Virus record (IMG/VR): IMGVR_UViG_3300009514_000001
Span: 62,001 to 126,000 of that record
Direction: 5' to 3' (one strand)
DNA: 64,000 nucleotides
Shown here: positions 46,801 through 58,200 of the stretch, piece by piece
How positions within the stretch are numbered: position 1 is the stretch's first letter
Layout of the letters: each line of letters opens with the position of its first letter
Notes under the pieces: model-generated
The model's input: the letters and a program-made list of their open reading frames with translations, nothing else
The model's database searches: none
Told to the model about the DNA's origin: nothing
Made by a program: the position numbers and the translations under genes

Positions 46801-49800
46801 GTCGCAGAGTCGCGGAGGGCACCACTGGAATCACGGCGCCACTTGCGGAGGACAGCGACATCGCGTTGGACCGTGCTGTTGCCCTCGGACAGGACCTTGT
46901 TGGCCAGGACATCGATGATGTACCACCACCCCGTGTAACGGTAGTTGTGCGTACCACAGATGTAGATGAACCGGCCGATGTCGGTGACGTTGAAGTTGTA
47001 GCTCGTGGCCCCGATAGAGTAGAAGATGGCGTCGGCGTCGGGGATAAGGTTGTCCGAGTTGTCCCGCGGCGGAAGAAGACCACCGTCGACACCGCGAGGA
47101 CCGAGCACCGGAACGAACTCAACGTTCGGGGTGATACGGATTCGGTGTCCCGAGAGCGGCCGACGAACATCCCCATTGTCCACGCGGTCCCCAAACCCGT
47201 TGGAGATAGTCGTCGTCGGGTCAACCAGGGGGTCCGTGTGTTGGTTGAGGTCGTAAAAGATTTCCTGCTCCCTGGGGGAGCCTGCGTTGTTGAGGTTGCT
47301 GGCCGGGGAGAGGCTGAACGCAGCACCGTTCGAGGTCGACCAGGAGATAGTATCCGCGGACCCACGCCACCCGATCTTGCGAGCGATGACGTTTACGACA
47401 GCACCCGGAGCCGGGAGGTTGGCCGCAATGACGCGAGGGACGTTGGCGTTGATGACCGGGGCCAGGTTGGCCGCCGTGGTGGCGACCGCGCCACCGATGC
47501 CGAACTCCGTCCCCAGAGTAGGCACGGCCCGGGCCGTAAGAACCACGCCGTCGATGGTGACCGTGTCTCCGTCGCCTGGGAGGAGGGAGACCGTGATGGT
47601 TCCGTCCTGGTGCCGACCGCCACTGACTGAAATCGTCCCGTTTGTGGAACTACGGAACCCGTCGCCGGGCTGTCCAAGTCCAGTGGCTGTATTGGCGTCA
47701 GTAGAGCCGGAGTCCTGGAACGTTTTCCAGCGACCGACATCGCCGACTGTGTAGAAGGTGCCGTTGTCGACATCCTCGATGACCATGCCAGGGAGCAGCC
47801 TCATCTGTTCTTCGACATCGAAAAAGATGTCGGAGAAGTTCCCGTCATATCCGTAAGTCAGGCCGTTCTCCTGACTCAAGGCATGGCGGTAGGAGACTGA
47901 GACATTGCCCGGGACGCCCAGATGGCGACCATCTCCCGCCGCCGGAGAAGCCCCTACAGGGTCTGTGTTGAATACTGGCGTCGGGTCAATAGGGAAGAAG
48001 GGGGAGAGGTGAGTACGTCCTCTCGGCCCATTCGAGAACTCATACATCGGGACGTCCAGGGGCGTCCTTCCCGTACTCGAAGATCCGAAGTCGGCCGTCC
48101 CACTACCCTTGAGGGTGGGCGGGCCCTTCGGGAGGAGCATGACCTCTCCGAAAGCCGGAACCTCCATGCCCTTGATGCCGCCTTTGGCCGGCCGCCCTCG
48201 GAACGAGGAGAGAGCCGCATTGCCGCCCGTCGCATCCAGGGGGCGGAAGGGGCGCTCGTACACCAACGAACCCGGGGTACCCATCCTGAGACCAGAGGTC
48301 CCGAAGGGGAACAAGGCGTCGTTCGGGTTCAGGGTGAGGGCCGAAGACTGGGGTGCGTCGAGGTCCTGGCGGTGATCCGCCAGGATGGCCGGGGAAGCCC
48401 AGCTCTGAGCCGCTGCCACATTCTCACGGAGCCTGAACAGAGGTCCGTGGGAGGCCCTAGAGTCCTCGAAAGTGAGTGTCGCGTTGGGGGACACCACCGT
48501 GATGTCGTCGTGGAACTCGGAGCGGTTGAACGTCGAGACGACATCGACCCCGGGCTTGTCTACCAGGTCCTTCTGGAAGTTCGGAAGAGGGTCTGCGGCG
48601 CCATGGCCCCAGACCGTCAGAGAACCGAGGGTGTCTGTGACGATACTCCTCGGATTCGCACGAAAAGCAGTTGCCTGAACAGTGCCCAGACCCCCGTCAA
48701 TCAGGACACCCTGACTCAACCGAGCAGGGTGGCCGACGAAGGTCACACGACCCGCATCGTCCCGCTGGAACTCTCCCCTTGTGTGGGCCAAGGAGACTTC
48801 GTCGAGGCGGTCCGCACGTTCAGCCGAGTAGATGACCAGGCGGGCATAGGCTTTCGGGAGGAGGTCCGTGGTCGGCGTCCCCGCCGCGTCCATGGCGAAA
48901 TACGCCACGGAAGTGTACCTGCCCTTGGAGTCGGCATTCTCGTGGATGCCCAGGAGGCGTCCGCGGCCCGTGAACTTGAACTGGGCTGTCGGGTCAGAGT
49001 TGGTGAACACCGACACGAGGTCCATGGGCAAGGATCCTCGACCGGAACCGATGGCCGCCGGATTGATGCTCAGACCTCGCAGAGAAGTCGGAGAACCCGT
49101 CGGAGAGCCCCCAGGATCCACTACGTCGGCGACGTAGATGGGGCGTGTTGCGCTCTCGTCGTAGTAGATAGTCCACGGGTGGCCGTCATCGTCTTCCGTA
49201 ATCTGCTGCTCGAAGAACAGATTCGGGAGACGGGCGAACTTCTCAACCCGGAGCTGGAGGTAGCCGACGATGGTTGCCGCAGGGGCATGTCCAGCCACGT
49301 CCGTGCCCGAGGCTACGAAGTCAACATTGAGACCGTCACCAACTGTCGGGTTGAGTGGCGTGTGGGGGAAGAATTCGCTGGGGGTGACGCTCGACGGGTT
49401 GACGAAGCTGTCCACCACCGACTGGGTCAGCAGAGGAGCGCCGACGATGCGCCAGACACCTTCGTTCGCAGCGTCGTTCGGGCCTGGGCTGGCAAAGTTG
49501 GCCGTACCCAGCTCGATGTAGCACCCCTTGAGGAACGGGACGAACATCGGAAGCGAACCGGCGCGAGCCGACTGGGCCATCCGGAAGGATGCGGTACCCG
49601 GGTCTGTCGTGCTGAACACGTCGTCGCCGACGCCATCTCCGGGCCACTCGATGTTTCCGACCGCCGACTGGAACGCCACCCAGTCCGACTGGGTGAGGGC
49701 AACAGAGACGACGGCCTCCATCTGAACGTCATCGGCAAGGACACGAGCTGGGTGGAACGCACCAGCCTGGGGAGAGTGCCCAGAACCAGGGCCTTCATCC

Positions 49801-52800
49801 AGACGATTCGTCGGGTCAGTCCTGCGGATGACGGCCGTCGTGAGATCTGTTCCCAGGAGGCGGAGGTTGGAAATCCAAACCTGTGTGTCGCCCGAAACGC
49901 GGAGGCCGGCGACACCGCCAGCCTGATGGCCGCCGTACTGCCCCTGTTTGTCGGTGTCGCTGAAACGGAAAGCGTCGAAGATTCCCGCGTCCTGCAAACC
50001 AGTCCCGAACCCCTGGCTGCCCAGGGAGGCGGAGGTGGTGAATACACCGGATTCGACGAAAGTGGTGTGGAACCTGATGTCCGGGGAACCGCCGGGATCA
50101 ACGGAACCCATGACGGGGGAGCTGAAGGAGATGCCTGCCGCCGAATGTGGCCCCAAAGGTGAGAACAGCCCCATCCGACCGCCGGAAGAGACCATGGTGC
50201 TGCCTTGCAGCTCCAAGGCAGTGGAGGCACCTCCATCGAGACCGGAGCTGTCGTCCGGACCAAAGGCAGCGAACGTCGAGGGACCCCTCAGGTTGGTCGC
50301 CAGGTGTTCCAGGGCCGAGGCCATCGTCACCACATTAGGATTGGCGATAATGGACACGGGATACGTTGTGTTCGACGAGACACCGGTGACAGGACTAGGG
50401 GCACCGCCAATGAGCGAGGGCTGGAAAAACTTGGACTGAATGTGGTCGGTAGCGACGGTGAAGCTCCTGGAAGGCAGGAGCATCGCCGTCATATTGACGT
50501 CTGAGAGAGTTGACCCGCCTCCGACGCCAATCGCCAGCGGACTCTCATTGAGAATCACACCCTCGAAGGTCAGTTCCAATCCCGTCCTAGAACCAAAGTC
50601 CAGATTACCGAGGATAAGATCACCCTTGGCAATGCTTCCGGGAGCCACGACTGGCGCATCCGCCGAGTTGTTCTGGGCCGCTCCGTAAATGAGGAAAGAG
50701 TCGTAGCCCCTGTTGGGGACCTCCGTCAGGAACGACGTGAACCTGGTCTCGTCGTATGGCTGGATGCCATAGCCCACCCAGATATGAGCCAGCCCCGCGG
50801 CGCCCGCAGAGAAAATGAGCACGGCCTGTGTGTCGGACTGGACGTAGGTTCGCCTTCCCAGGAATGGGAAACTGCGCTGCTGTACGGACGACCGGTACGG
50901 CTCCTGCTGGGCGAGAGTCTCGGCACTGACCTCGTAAGTGGTCGCAATGGTCTGGTCGCCAGAGAAATAGGGAGTCCGTCCTCTGGGGATGTCGACACGG
51001 AGGATTGTCGTGTCCGCGTTGTCCGTAGCGCTGACGATGGGATAGGAGCCGATGGGGACAACCGGACGGAGGCCGTCGCGGAAGAACCCCAGCTCTTCAT
51101 TGGCGTTCGCCTCGGAGACGTCCCCAGGGAAGTCCGTCGTCGCCGGGTTGGTGAACCCGCCTTCGTTCTTCTCTGTCGCGTAGTCTCCAAAGAAGAGACC
51201 GCACCTGGACTGAGAGGTGAACTCCCCGCCCAAGAGGTCACGCACATCGTTGGCGGTGTTGAGGTCATGGACCTCGATCAGCACATTGAAGAAGTCCCGG
51301 ACATTGGGAATGGCGTCCGTTGTACTTGACCCCCAACCACCACAGAGGAGAGCGACCGTAGTGCTTCCCGTCGGGTGGCGTGGGTCGTTCGGGCCCACGA
51401 AAAGGAACTGGCGTTCGCCAGAGCCGTTACCCGCCAGGTCAGGGTTTGGGGATACTTCGACACCCGTGCTCACCTTATAGAAGCCGGCGTCGTCGAGAAG
51501 GCCGTCGACCGGGTCCGGGTGGGCATTGGTTCCATAAAGGGCGTCGTTCAGGAACTCGGCAATGACGTTGGCGTCCGAAGACGGACCGAAGGGCCCACCT
51601 TTGGTGACCTCGACGTTAAGAGTAATCCAGCGATTGCGTGTCGCCGTGGTCGGGTCGGCCGAATAGACCGTAATGGTGATGAACGAGGCGTCCGGGAACG
51701 TGATGCCACCGCTGACATCCGCCGACTCCAAGTAGGGCTTGGAGGGTAGGATGTCGATTTGGCGCTCAGTCAGGAAGACACGACCAGTCGTGCCGTTGTC
51801 CGTCTCGGCCGGGACGGCCGACTGAACAAGGTCGGCACTGAGACGAGAGTTGATGCCCGCAACGATGGTCGCCGGGGTGTCAGCCCCTCCGCCGGTGGCC
51901 GTGTAGGTGACCCAGTTGACCGGGTTGGTCGGGCCTTCGTCGGACAGAAGGAGGTCCTTGCCTCTCGCATTACGGTTCGAACGGTCGGCAAACTCCTTGA
52001 TGTTGACCACGAACCGAACGTCGGCAGCCGATAGATCACCACCCCCAGAGTTCCACTGGGAACGCTCCGCGGTCATGACCGTATGGCCCTCGACAGTGGC
52101 ACAGAGGCCGCCGTCCTGGGCTTCTGTCACGGGAGCGATGGGCATCACGCCCGAAGGCAAGAGACCAGTCACCTGGCCCTTGTCGATGGTGATGTCCCAC
52201 TGGTTGGGAGGAGTTCCCGCTCCCGTCGGTCCGGAGACTACCGGTGCGAGGCGGTAAGCCCTGTTCCAGTAGACCTGGAACTCGAAATCATTCTCGTCCA
52301 GTTCGAGGGACGTCGCTGTCGAGACCTTGCCTCGGACCACCTCCAGACCAACCTCGTGAGCACCCGAAGCGAGATACGGGGGAGATGAGGCCGTCCACTT
52401 CTGGGTGGTCGGGTCGAGATAGAACCGACCCACGTCGCCGGCCGTGCCGTCCGGCTGGATGCCCAAGGGGAACGGAGAACGAAGCTCTTCGGCCGGTCCT
52501 CCAGCTCCCTGAGGAGTAACCGTGACGCTGCCGTCAGCGTTCTGTCGGAAGCTCGCGAAGGAGAACCTCAGAGCACCCGTCCTAGAGGCCGAGCCGTATG
52601 TCGTATCCAGGTCGAAGTCCGTCTCGGGCTCGCGCCTCAGGACGATTTGTGCGTCAGTCGTTGCGACTGGGAATGCCGTCGAACTGTAGATACCCGTCAG
52701 CCGGGTCGCCGAGGTGAGGGTAACACCGCCGGAGAGAGTTGCTCCCGAAAGGGTCCAACCGGCTCCAATGGCTGTCAGCGTGACCGCATCGCCGTCAGTA

Positions 52801-55223
52801 CCTACAGGAACTGCCGTCAGAAGGACCGTCGCCAGGTTGATTCCGGACTTGGCGGCCGTGATGATACCAGTGAAGCTGTTGAGGGGATCACTGAGAGCGG
52901 CAGCTAGCTCTGTGGCAGCAGGGTCTCCTGCGAGAGCCTGGAAGTCGTCGGCACCCGGAGTCCTCGCACCGGCGACGGCGGTCAGGGGAACACCACCGAT
53001 GGTGATGCTGTCACCAACACCGATGATACCCGAGGTTACCGTAGCCGTGGCCGCGGTACCTGTCCTGGGATAGAGGGCCTTGCCGGTGTACCCAAAGGTA
53101 CCGAGGGCAGGCGCCGCAAAGATGTCCGTGGGGTCGTCGACGATCTCGACAAAACCGGTCGGAGGAAGGACACCCTCTGTATCCTCGGCATCGAGGTCGA
53201 TGACCGGATTGATCGCCGTGATGCTGTGACCGTCGAAGATGGCCAGGGAGACGCGCCGACTGTAGGCATCGACTTGACCGGCAGCATCCGGGTTGCCCGA
53301 GTCTGCGCCACGGAGGTCGCCACCGGTAACTCTCAGACCACCAAGCTGCCCCTTTTCCTGGGAGAAGGGGACACATGCCGCGAAGAGAACCACCTCTCCA
53401 CGAGGGTTGGTCGTCCCGCCCGTGATGACACCTGCCGGGGCGATGTCGCCGCCGGACGCCGGTTCGTGGGACAGACACACAACACCGGACGAGTAGTCGA
53501 TGTCGATGAACTGCTCCCCGGTGACTGAGGGGTCGATGACCGCGCTCTGGGAGGCAATCGGCCGGTCGAAGTCGGGGATAGGGTCACCGCCGCCGTCGTC
53601 CTTGGCTGGGAACAGGACCATCCTGAACCCGAGGTCAAGGAGGCTGCCCGGGTCGGCATTCGTGCCGGAAGCACCAGCCCCGCTGCTGGAAGTGTCGAAG
53701 ATGGCGCGGTCAGCTCGGGCCGAGGTGGCGCCGGAGACGAACCCACGAGTCTTCGTAGTGCGCTCGACCCACGAAGGGTCGATGAGGTTCGTCAGCCTGG
53801 TCGCCTCAACCTTGTCGAAGTCGAGGGAGTCGCTCAGGTAGAGATCGGAGACGGAGTCGTGAACTGTGAACTCGACGTCGATGGGACCACCAGCCGTGGC
53901 CAGCTGAAACGGTCCCGGACCGAAGAAGACAGCGCCCGTAGCCGGGTCGACTTCTGGTATGCGCATCAAAAGAAGGGCTTCGCCGAACGAAGCCGTTCTT
54001 GACAGAACCTGGAACCAACCTGTAACGCGCCTCAACTCCGCATTGGACTCCAAGTTCTCGGAGACCGACCCAGAGCGAGATACCCTGGTCACGTGAATGA
54101 CCTTACCGTCCAGACCGATAACCAAGTCTCCGATATTGTGGAGACGCCAGACACCAGCGTCAGAGTTCGGAGGTGAATCCGCGTCCGGCTCAAGCTCTCC
54201 TGTCAAAAGGTCGTCGCCGTTGATGGTCCGGACGGGGATGGGAATAGGAAGGTTGAACTCGCCTCCGTAAGCGACCGTCTCACCTGGTGTCCCGGTAGGC
54301 TCGAAACCCCCATTGAGCCACGACCCAACCCCGTCAAAGGGAGGGTAGAGATCACTATTCGCAGACTGCTCCGGAGGAACCGTCACAAACAGGGTCTCTT
54401 TCCCGGCCCCCGAGGAGGACGGAAGGGCGACGAGACGAGCCACATGAGGCTTGATGAGGGTCAGACCCCTCAGAACAGGGGTGCCCGGGATGCTGAAGTA
54501 GGTGGCAAGCCGCTTACCTGGGTCCAGCGTAAGGGTCTGTCCGGCAATGCCCACAACACGAAAGACCTCGAACTTCGCAAGGTCCACGTACGGAGCAGTC
54601 TCCGAGATGGCGGCCCGACCACCTGTCGTGTTGACTTCCCCATCTCCGGCCGTGCCCGTCTGAGACACAAAGAGGTATAGCCCCCCGTCCGGGACGGAGC
54701 CGAGGTTGTAGAGATCAACAATGTTGAGGGCGATGGCAGACCCGTCGACATTGATGTCAACGGTCAGGGTATCGCCCACTCCAGGCGACCCGCTATTGTC
54801 GGCAACTGCCCACTGCCAGGTGACAAAGGGACTCTTGAGGGTGGGGCCAACGACGGAGAATGAAATCGGGTGGCCGATGAGGCTTGCGCCTCGGTTCCCG
54901 CCCCGATTGGTTCGGAAGTCGTACGGAGGAAAGTTGATTTCTGGAAGACCGGGCTGACCGAGACGGTAGTTGCCCTGCTTCTTGGGCGTCGGGAGGGACG
55001 CGTCTCCGGGACCCTCACCAGATTTGATGATGGGGTCGTAATTGAACGTGGATGCCCAGGAGCCCGAAAACCCCTGAATGACCTCCGCGGCCTGGACCGC
55101 CTTAGCCGAAGCAACACTCTGGTTACGCTCCAGGAATTCCTGCCAAGGCTGGCGGGAGTCGCTGGTGGCGACCTTCTTCTGCTGGGCTTTGCGGAGCTTC
55201 TTGGTGTCGTCTTGGTTGGCCAT
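43854..55223 (-). CDS. Giant putative virion structural protein (tail/fibre), 3789 aa
   Basis: Uninterrupted 11.4-kb ORF, G/D/T/P-rich, containing the repeated roughly 110-aa module. Confidence 0.75.
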   Translation of the reverse strand: MANQDDTKKLRKAQQKKVATSDSRQPWQEFLERNQSVASAKAVQAAEVIQGFSGSWASTFNYDPIIKSGEGPGDASLPTPKKQGNYRLGQPGLPEINFPPYDFRTNRGGNRGASLIGHPISFSVVGPTLKSPFVTWQWAVADNSGSPGVGDTLTVDINVDGSAIALNIVDLYNLGSVPDGGLYLFVSQTGTAGDGEVNTTGGRAAISETAPYVDLAKFEVFRVVGIAGQTLTLDPGKRLATYFSIPGTPVLRGLTLIKPHVARLVALPSSSGAGKETLFVTVPPEQSANSDLYPPFDGVGSWLNGGFEPTGTPGETVAYGGEFNLPIPIPVRTINGDDLLTGELEPDADSPPNSDAGVWRLHNIGDLVIGLDGKVIHVTRVSRSGSVSENLESNAELRRVTGWFQVLSRTASFGEALLLMRIPEVDPATGAVFFGPGPFQLATAGGPIDVEFTVHDSVSDLYLSDSLDFDKVEATRLTNLIDPSWVERTTKTRGFVSGATSARADRAIFDTSSSGAGASGTNADPGSLLDLGFRMVLFPAKDDGGGDPIPDFDRPIASQSAVIDPSVTGEQFIDIDYSSGVVCLSHEPASGGDIAPAGVITGGTTNPRGEVVLFAACVPFSQEKGQLGGLRVTGGDLRGADSGNPDAAGQVDAYSRRVSLAIFDGHSITAINPVIDLDAEDTEGVLPPTGFVEIVDDPTDIFAAPALGTFGYTGKALYPRTGTAATATVTSGIIGVGDSITIGGVPLTAVAGARTPGADDFQALAGDPAATELAAALSDPLNSFTGIITAAKSGINLATVLLTAVPVGTDGDAVTLTAIGAGWTLSGATLSGGVTLTSATRLTGIYSSTAFPVATTDAQIVLRREPETDFDLDTTYGSASRTGALRFSFASFRQNADGSVTVTPQGAGGPAEELRSPFPLGIQPDGTAGDVGRFYLDPTTQKWTASSPPYLASGAHEVGLEVVRGKVSTATSLELDENDFEFQVYWNRAYRLAPVVSGPTGAGTPPNQWDITIDKGQVTGLLPSGVMPIAPVTEAQDGGLCATVEGHTVMTAERSQWNSGGGDLSAADVRFVVNIKEFADRSNRNARGKDLLLSDEGPTNPVNWVTYTATGGGADTPATIVAGINSRLSADLVQSAVPAETDNGTTGRVFLTERQIDILPSKPYLESADVSGGITFPDASFITITVYSADPTTATRNRWITLNVEVTKGGPFGPSSDANVIAEFLNDALYGTNAHPDPVDGLLDDAGFYKVSTGVEVSPNPDLAGNGSGERQFLFVGPNDPRHPTGSTTVALLCGGWGSSTTDAIPNVRDFFNVLIEVHDLNTANDVRDLLGGEFTSQSRCGLFFGDYATEKNEGGFTNPATTDFPGDVSEANANEELGFFRDGLRPVVPIGSYPIVSATDNADTTILRVDIPRGRTPYFSGDQTIATTYEVSAETLAQQEPYRSSVQQRSFPFLGRRTYVQSDTQAVLIFSAGAAGLAHIWVGYGIQPYDETRFTSFLTEVPNRGYDSFLIYGAAQNNSADAPVVAPGSIAKGDLILGNLDFGSRTGLELTFEGVILNESPLAIGVGGGSTLSDVNMTAMLLPSRSFTVATDHIQSKFFQPSLIGGAPSPVTGVSSNTTYPVSIIANPNVVTMASALEHLATNLRGPSTFAAFGPDDSSGLDGGASTALELQGSTMVSSGGRMGLFSPLGPHSAAGISFSSPVMGSVDPGGSPDIRFHTTFVESGVFTTSASLGSQGFGTGLQDAGIFDAFRFSDTDKQGQYGGHQAGGVAGLRVSGDTQVWISNLRLLGTDLTTAVIRRTDPTNRLDEGPGSGHSPQAGAFHPARVLADDVQMEAVVSVALTQSDWVAFQSAVGNIEWPGDGVGDDVFSTTDPGTASFRMAQSARAGSLPMFVPFLKGCYIELGTANFASPGPNDAANEGVWRIVGAPLLTQSVVDSFVNPSSVTPSEFFPHTPLNPTVGDGLNVDFVASGTDVAGHAPAATIVGYLQLRVEKFARLPNLFFEQQITEDDDGHPWTIYYDESATRPIYVADVVDPGGSPTGSPTSLRGLSINPAAIGSGRGSLPMDLVSVFTNSDPTAQFKFTGRGRLLGIHENADSKGRYTSVAYFAMDAAGTPTTDLLPKAYARLVIYSAERADRLDEVSLAHTRGEFQRDDAGRVTFVGHPARLSQGVLIDGGLGTVQATAFRANPRSIVTDTLGSLTVWGHGAADPLPNFQKDLVDKPGVDVVSTFNRSEFHDDITVVSPNATLTFEDSRASHGPLFRLRENVAAAQSWASPAILADHRQDLDAPQSSALTLNPNDALFPFGTSGLRMGTPGSLVYERPFRPLDATGGNAALSSFRGRPAKGGIKGMEVPAFGEVMLLPKGPPTLKGSGTADFGSSSTGRTPLDVPMYEFSNGPRGRTHLSPFFPIDPTPVFNTDPVGASPAAGDGRHLGVPGNVSVSYRHALSQENGLTYGYDGNFSDIFFDVEEQMRLLPGMVIEDVDNGTFYTVGDVGRWKTFQDSGSTDANTATGLGQPGDGFRSSTNGTISVSGGRHQDGTITVSLLPGDGDTVTIDGVVLTARAVPTLGTEFGIGGAVATTAANLAPVINANVPRVIAANLPAPGAVVNVIARKIGWRGSADTISWSTSNGAAFSLSPASNLNNAGSPREQEIFYDLNQHTDPLVDPTTTISNGFGDRVDNGDVRRPLSGHRIRITPNVEFVPVLGPRGVDGGLLPPRDNSDNLIPDADAIFYSIGATSYNFNVTDIGRFIYICGTHNYRYTGWWYIIDVLANKVLSEGNSTVQRDVAVLRKWRRDSSGALRDSATFDGALPLVERSPLIRAVADTQWNDASEASNGAAPLWDNVTGSVSDLTMEVTKSDGTNILSVVVTAAEIDGATITDCDALATFANGDVRLNGNNVSLTGGPVAGWIVWTAITNPMHPLGVSLEVTYDLSLLDATQQAEVTGEDATLRIQFLTMDANLGAGRDHSTQDTALSIGFYSYKGHNSQIDRGAGDRNNAAFISSPAPNNPNSGGDYEAYSAARGIRWVFSAPLLEENVGSYLHLIKPALHRFGVQLSSQDDSGFGGTLPNTQAWTSGWPRSGDVETLKTDLYRINRCPNTGHIVLGGDCEIFFPNQSPVDGGATLLSEKVILYSPLGVLGSWQDTVTGDLPSTGANNRPPQYALQPIGRERIVTVSPRHAKSSVILGHSSDNPSGIGPDGMGKAVSMVDSVGVVDSRESTPLGIAEPWVLMDRHRATRSRVGDLRLIANGWFADQFGAGNDYGSHTELHNANSLAPSTFPATLADSTYSWTPAGEWWQLYWPKAVRDSWIYDASVPPPTLRIDLSEAFTQAMQPGGGINSPFPGKAPKGARLTRLWVNFGVWGNDVPSRNQDDLPGYNTGGTVNDILDEFYMCFNLVVEIPGSQVRRTGLFSLVRSQASGTSGLPFGDRAPTASYTHPDNSGDDIWPGGTVVVPLYVNREAGDLMPNVMERFITGGPEPRYNSDSGAGSNPAADWVLGDPEYGFGVGSDAGNPQDSHQDVGLFANPPTPVLWGGIDTATAGNGGPFTAPGFSRVLASPHPRDSRVSGGVRSAFTSGLVADGEVFRRAAPDSLSAATMTGITVTHSAQYPAPQSGTAGSFRAVAGNPEAYGGRTCSHAFTMALTPVGDFFDTPKDGGGNRVAVDPATPPTSGSLTLATHGRTLETTRPYNKQPEARPFKVGNWLDNILDKYGIATPSGSMLPPGARVWLEVTVGPGPAAKPEPTAGTAEDDPSASGCWVGAVKVGFDVETADGTAYSNNVNVLGDDGS

Positions 55224-55286
55224 TGAACACAGTCCCTCAGTCGCTGCCTACAACGTCCGAGCTATAAGGTCGTCACCGCGGCGGAC

Positions 55287-58200
55287 TTACGGCCGGATGA
55301 TTTCGAGACCAAGGAGGCCTCGAAGGCTGCCGGGGTCACCTGTGGCTGACACCTGAGTGAAATCCAAAGCCTTCGCGCCAGCCGTGTCTTTCAGGATCAC
55401 CTTGATCAGGACGGGAACCTCACTGTTGGCGCTCTTGAACAAGTTCACCGTCGGGCCCACATTGACGCGGACTTGACTATAGACGATACCCCCGTCAGTG
55501 ACCGTACCGTCCAGAGTCAACGGGTCACCAACCAGCTTGCATCCAGCACCGTCGAGGAAGTTGTCTTGCTTGCTCGGCCCGTCGCCGTCCGCCCGGCCGG
55601 CGTCCATCCAGGTCGTCATGCCTGGGACCTTGACCATGATGGCGATGTCCGCTGTTCCTGGTCCGGGGGCCGCATAGGCAAAGTCGGCCAACTGGAGCCC
55701 GTAGACGCGCAGGGTGAAGAACGGTTGGCCTTCGGCAACAACCACCGTGGCAGAGCGGCTGAAGGCCACGTCGAATGTCCGGACGTAGTTCACGATGCCC
55801 GTGACCGCGGAGTAGTCCTTCTGGGCATTCGACAGGTCACCCGGGAATGCAGGACGGAACCCCGTAGAGTAGTCCGTCTTGGGGTACAGCAGGATGCCCC
55901 GGGAGGGGAACGGGGACGTCGCCGGGAAGTTGAAATCGGTCGCCCTCTCGGGGAGACCGGCTACCTGAGAGTTGGCCCCAATGATGCCGGTGACCGAGAT
56001 GTCCTTGATGAAGTCCCTCTCCTGGAACCAGCTGACGGAGTCGTAGGGAGCCACCGCCAGGGCAGCCTGGACAGGAACCTCGATGGGAGACACCGGATGG
56101 CCCTGGAAGCCAGGACCGAGGAGCCTGAGGGCGTCGCTGGCCGGGACAAATCCATTCCAGTTCTCGCGGTAGCGGTAGGACTCGTCGAGAAACCGCTCCT
56201 CAACGTCCTTGGCCGCACTCTGGAGACCGGCCACGGGGACGGCGGAGCCGATTGCCGTCTCGATGTTCCCGTACTTGGCGGCCGCTGTACCCCGCGTGCT
56301 GTGGAGCAGGATGTTGTCGCCACTGATTTCGGCAAGAGCCGTCGAGGGGAACGGTAGGAAAGTCGTACCGACCACATCGTGCCCCAGGGGACGACGGAGG
56401 AACATCCGCATCCGGGCGTCCGTGGAGAACGCCGGACTGTCGATGTCGCCGTCCAGGAAAATCTGGTCCGGGGACAAAGCGATAGCGATGGTGTCCGCAG
56501 GAAGGGGGCCATCCGCCGCTGTGTAAGAACCCATCTCCTGGTAAGTGAACTCGATGCGTTGTCGGCGTACCTTGCCGGCGTCTTGGACGAACGCCAAGGG
56601 CACGGTCATCGTAGGCGAGCCTGCATCCAGGTCATAGGAGAACGGGGCCAGGTTGAGCACCGCCGGGTTCATGTTGCCCAGGTAGGTGTCTCCTGTGATG
56701 CCCTCTTCGGATGTCCGATAGGTGTTGTCGAAGTAGTCAGTGGCATCGAACTGGATTTCGTCGATGGACAGCGTGAGGCCAAGGGTGTCGATAGGCAGGA
56801 AATAGGCGATACCGGAGACGAACATCGACCGGTTAGCGAGGGCCGCGAGAGTGTAGTCCGCCGTCGTTGGGGTCGGGCCCGTCGTGCCGTCCGGGTCTTC
56901 GAAGATAGCCGCCCGAATGACGTGATAGCCGCTGGCGATGGGGAAGTCGTTGGCCGAGTCGTCCGCCGCGATGTTGGTTGGGTTCTCCGGGTCCGTCCAA
57001 TCCACCAGGTTGGCACTGTACAAATCACTGTCTGCCGGCGCCGTACCGTCCCTCACCAGAGCCTCGAACGCAGCCTCCGTCTTGAAATGGAGGAGCATGT
57101 AGGCGCCGTCCTCGCGAGGAGTCCCCGGAGGCAGACCCGTGTTGTCCATCGTGAACCGATGGCGGTAGCGAGCGAGCTGGTAGGTCCAGTAGTCCTTGGT
57201 GAACCCCGTGCCGTAATCTCCGGCCTCCGTCAGGTCCGTTCCCGCATCAAGAGCGAGGGTCGGCTTCAGGAAGTACCTCGGTGCCTCCGCTGTCGGCGTG
57301 AACTGGAGGGAGGTGTAGTCCGAGAGGTACGGCAGGCGGTAGCGGAAGAAGTTGTCGTCGTCGCCACCACCCGTGGCAACACTTCCAGCTCCCAGGATAG
57401 GAATGCCGCCCACGACGGGGGTCTCCCCCGCATTGGGGTCGGTGCCCAGGCGGACCTGGCCAGCCGTCGTGTCGGCGACGATTGGAAGGGCCGAAGCGTC
57501 GATGGTCGACAGAGCCGTGTGCAGCTCTCGCAGGTCATACTGGCCCGTGGCCTGGCCTGGGAACGCAAACGGGTCGAATTCGCTGCCGCTCAGGCCAGAC
57601 TCGAAGACGCCGCCGGGGAGACCGTCGCACTGACTTCCAACACCCCCACCCATGAGGATGGCGGCAGGACAGCGAGTAGTCAGGGCTTGGGCGAGGAATG
57701 CCGTGGTGTCACCACCTGCGGGCCAGCAGACGAGAGCAAGGACTCCCCGGTCAGCCGGATAGGTCGCACCAGAGGCCACAACACCCTGGCCACCGCCAGA
57801 GTCCGGAATGATGCGGTGAGACTGCGTGATGGGGTTGGGGCCACCGACGTCCCTGGTAAAGGCTCCTGCATAAGCGGAACCCTCACCGCCTCCTGTGTAG
57901 GTGCCGTCGACAACGTTGAACGTGAGGTCCGTTGCCGGGTCCGCTCCCAGAGGGCTGAAGGGTGGGTTGTCGTCTGCGGGCTCCGGGGCTCGGTAGTAGT
58001 AGCCGTAAGCCTCGGTCATGTCGATGGGCTCGGCTGTCGCTCCCGGACGCAGGTCGATCTGGCTGTCGTTGAGCTTCAGGACACCCCAGTCCGTGATACC
58101 ACTGACCTGAGTGACCACCGTCGAGAACTTCCCCAAGCCTGGGGGCTTGGGAGGAACCAGGGCCGCCAGGGCATCCAGGGCGTCCTCTACGTTCGTCGCG

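Noticed and set aside
47922-50162. Long plus-strand ORFs (746 aa here; also 56379-58418, 39656-40978, 60008-61309, 16384-17865, 4797-5918)
   Set aside because: Antisense shadows of GC-rich minus-strand genes, with no RBS or recognisable motifs.
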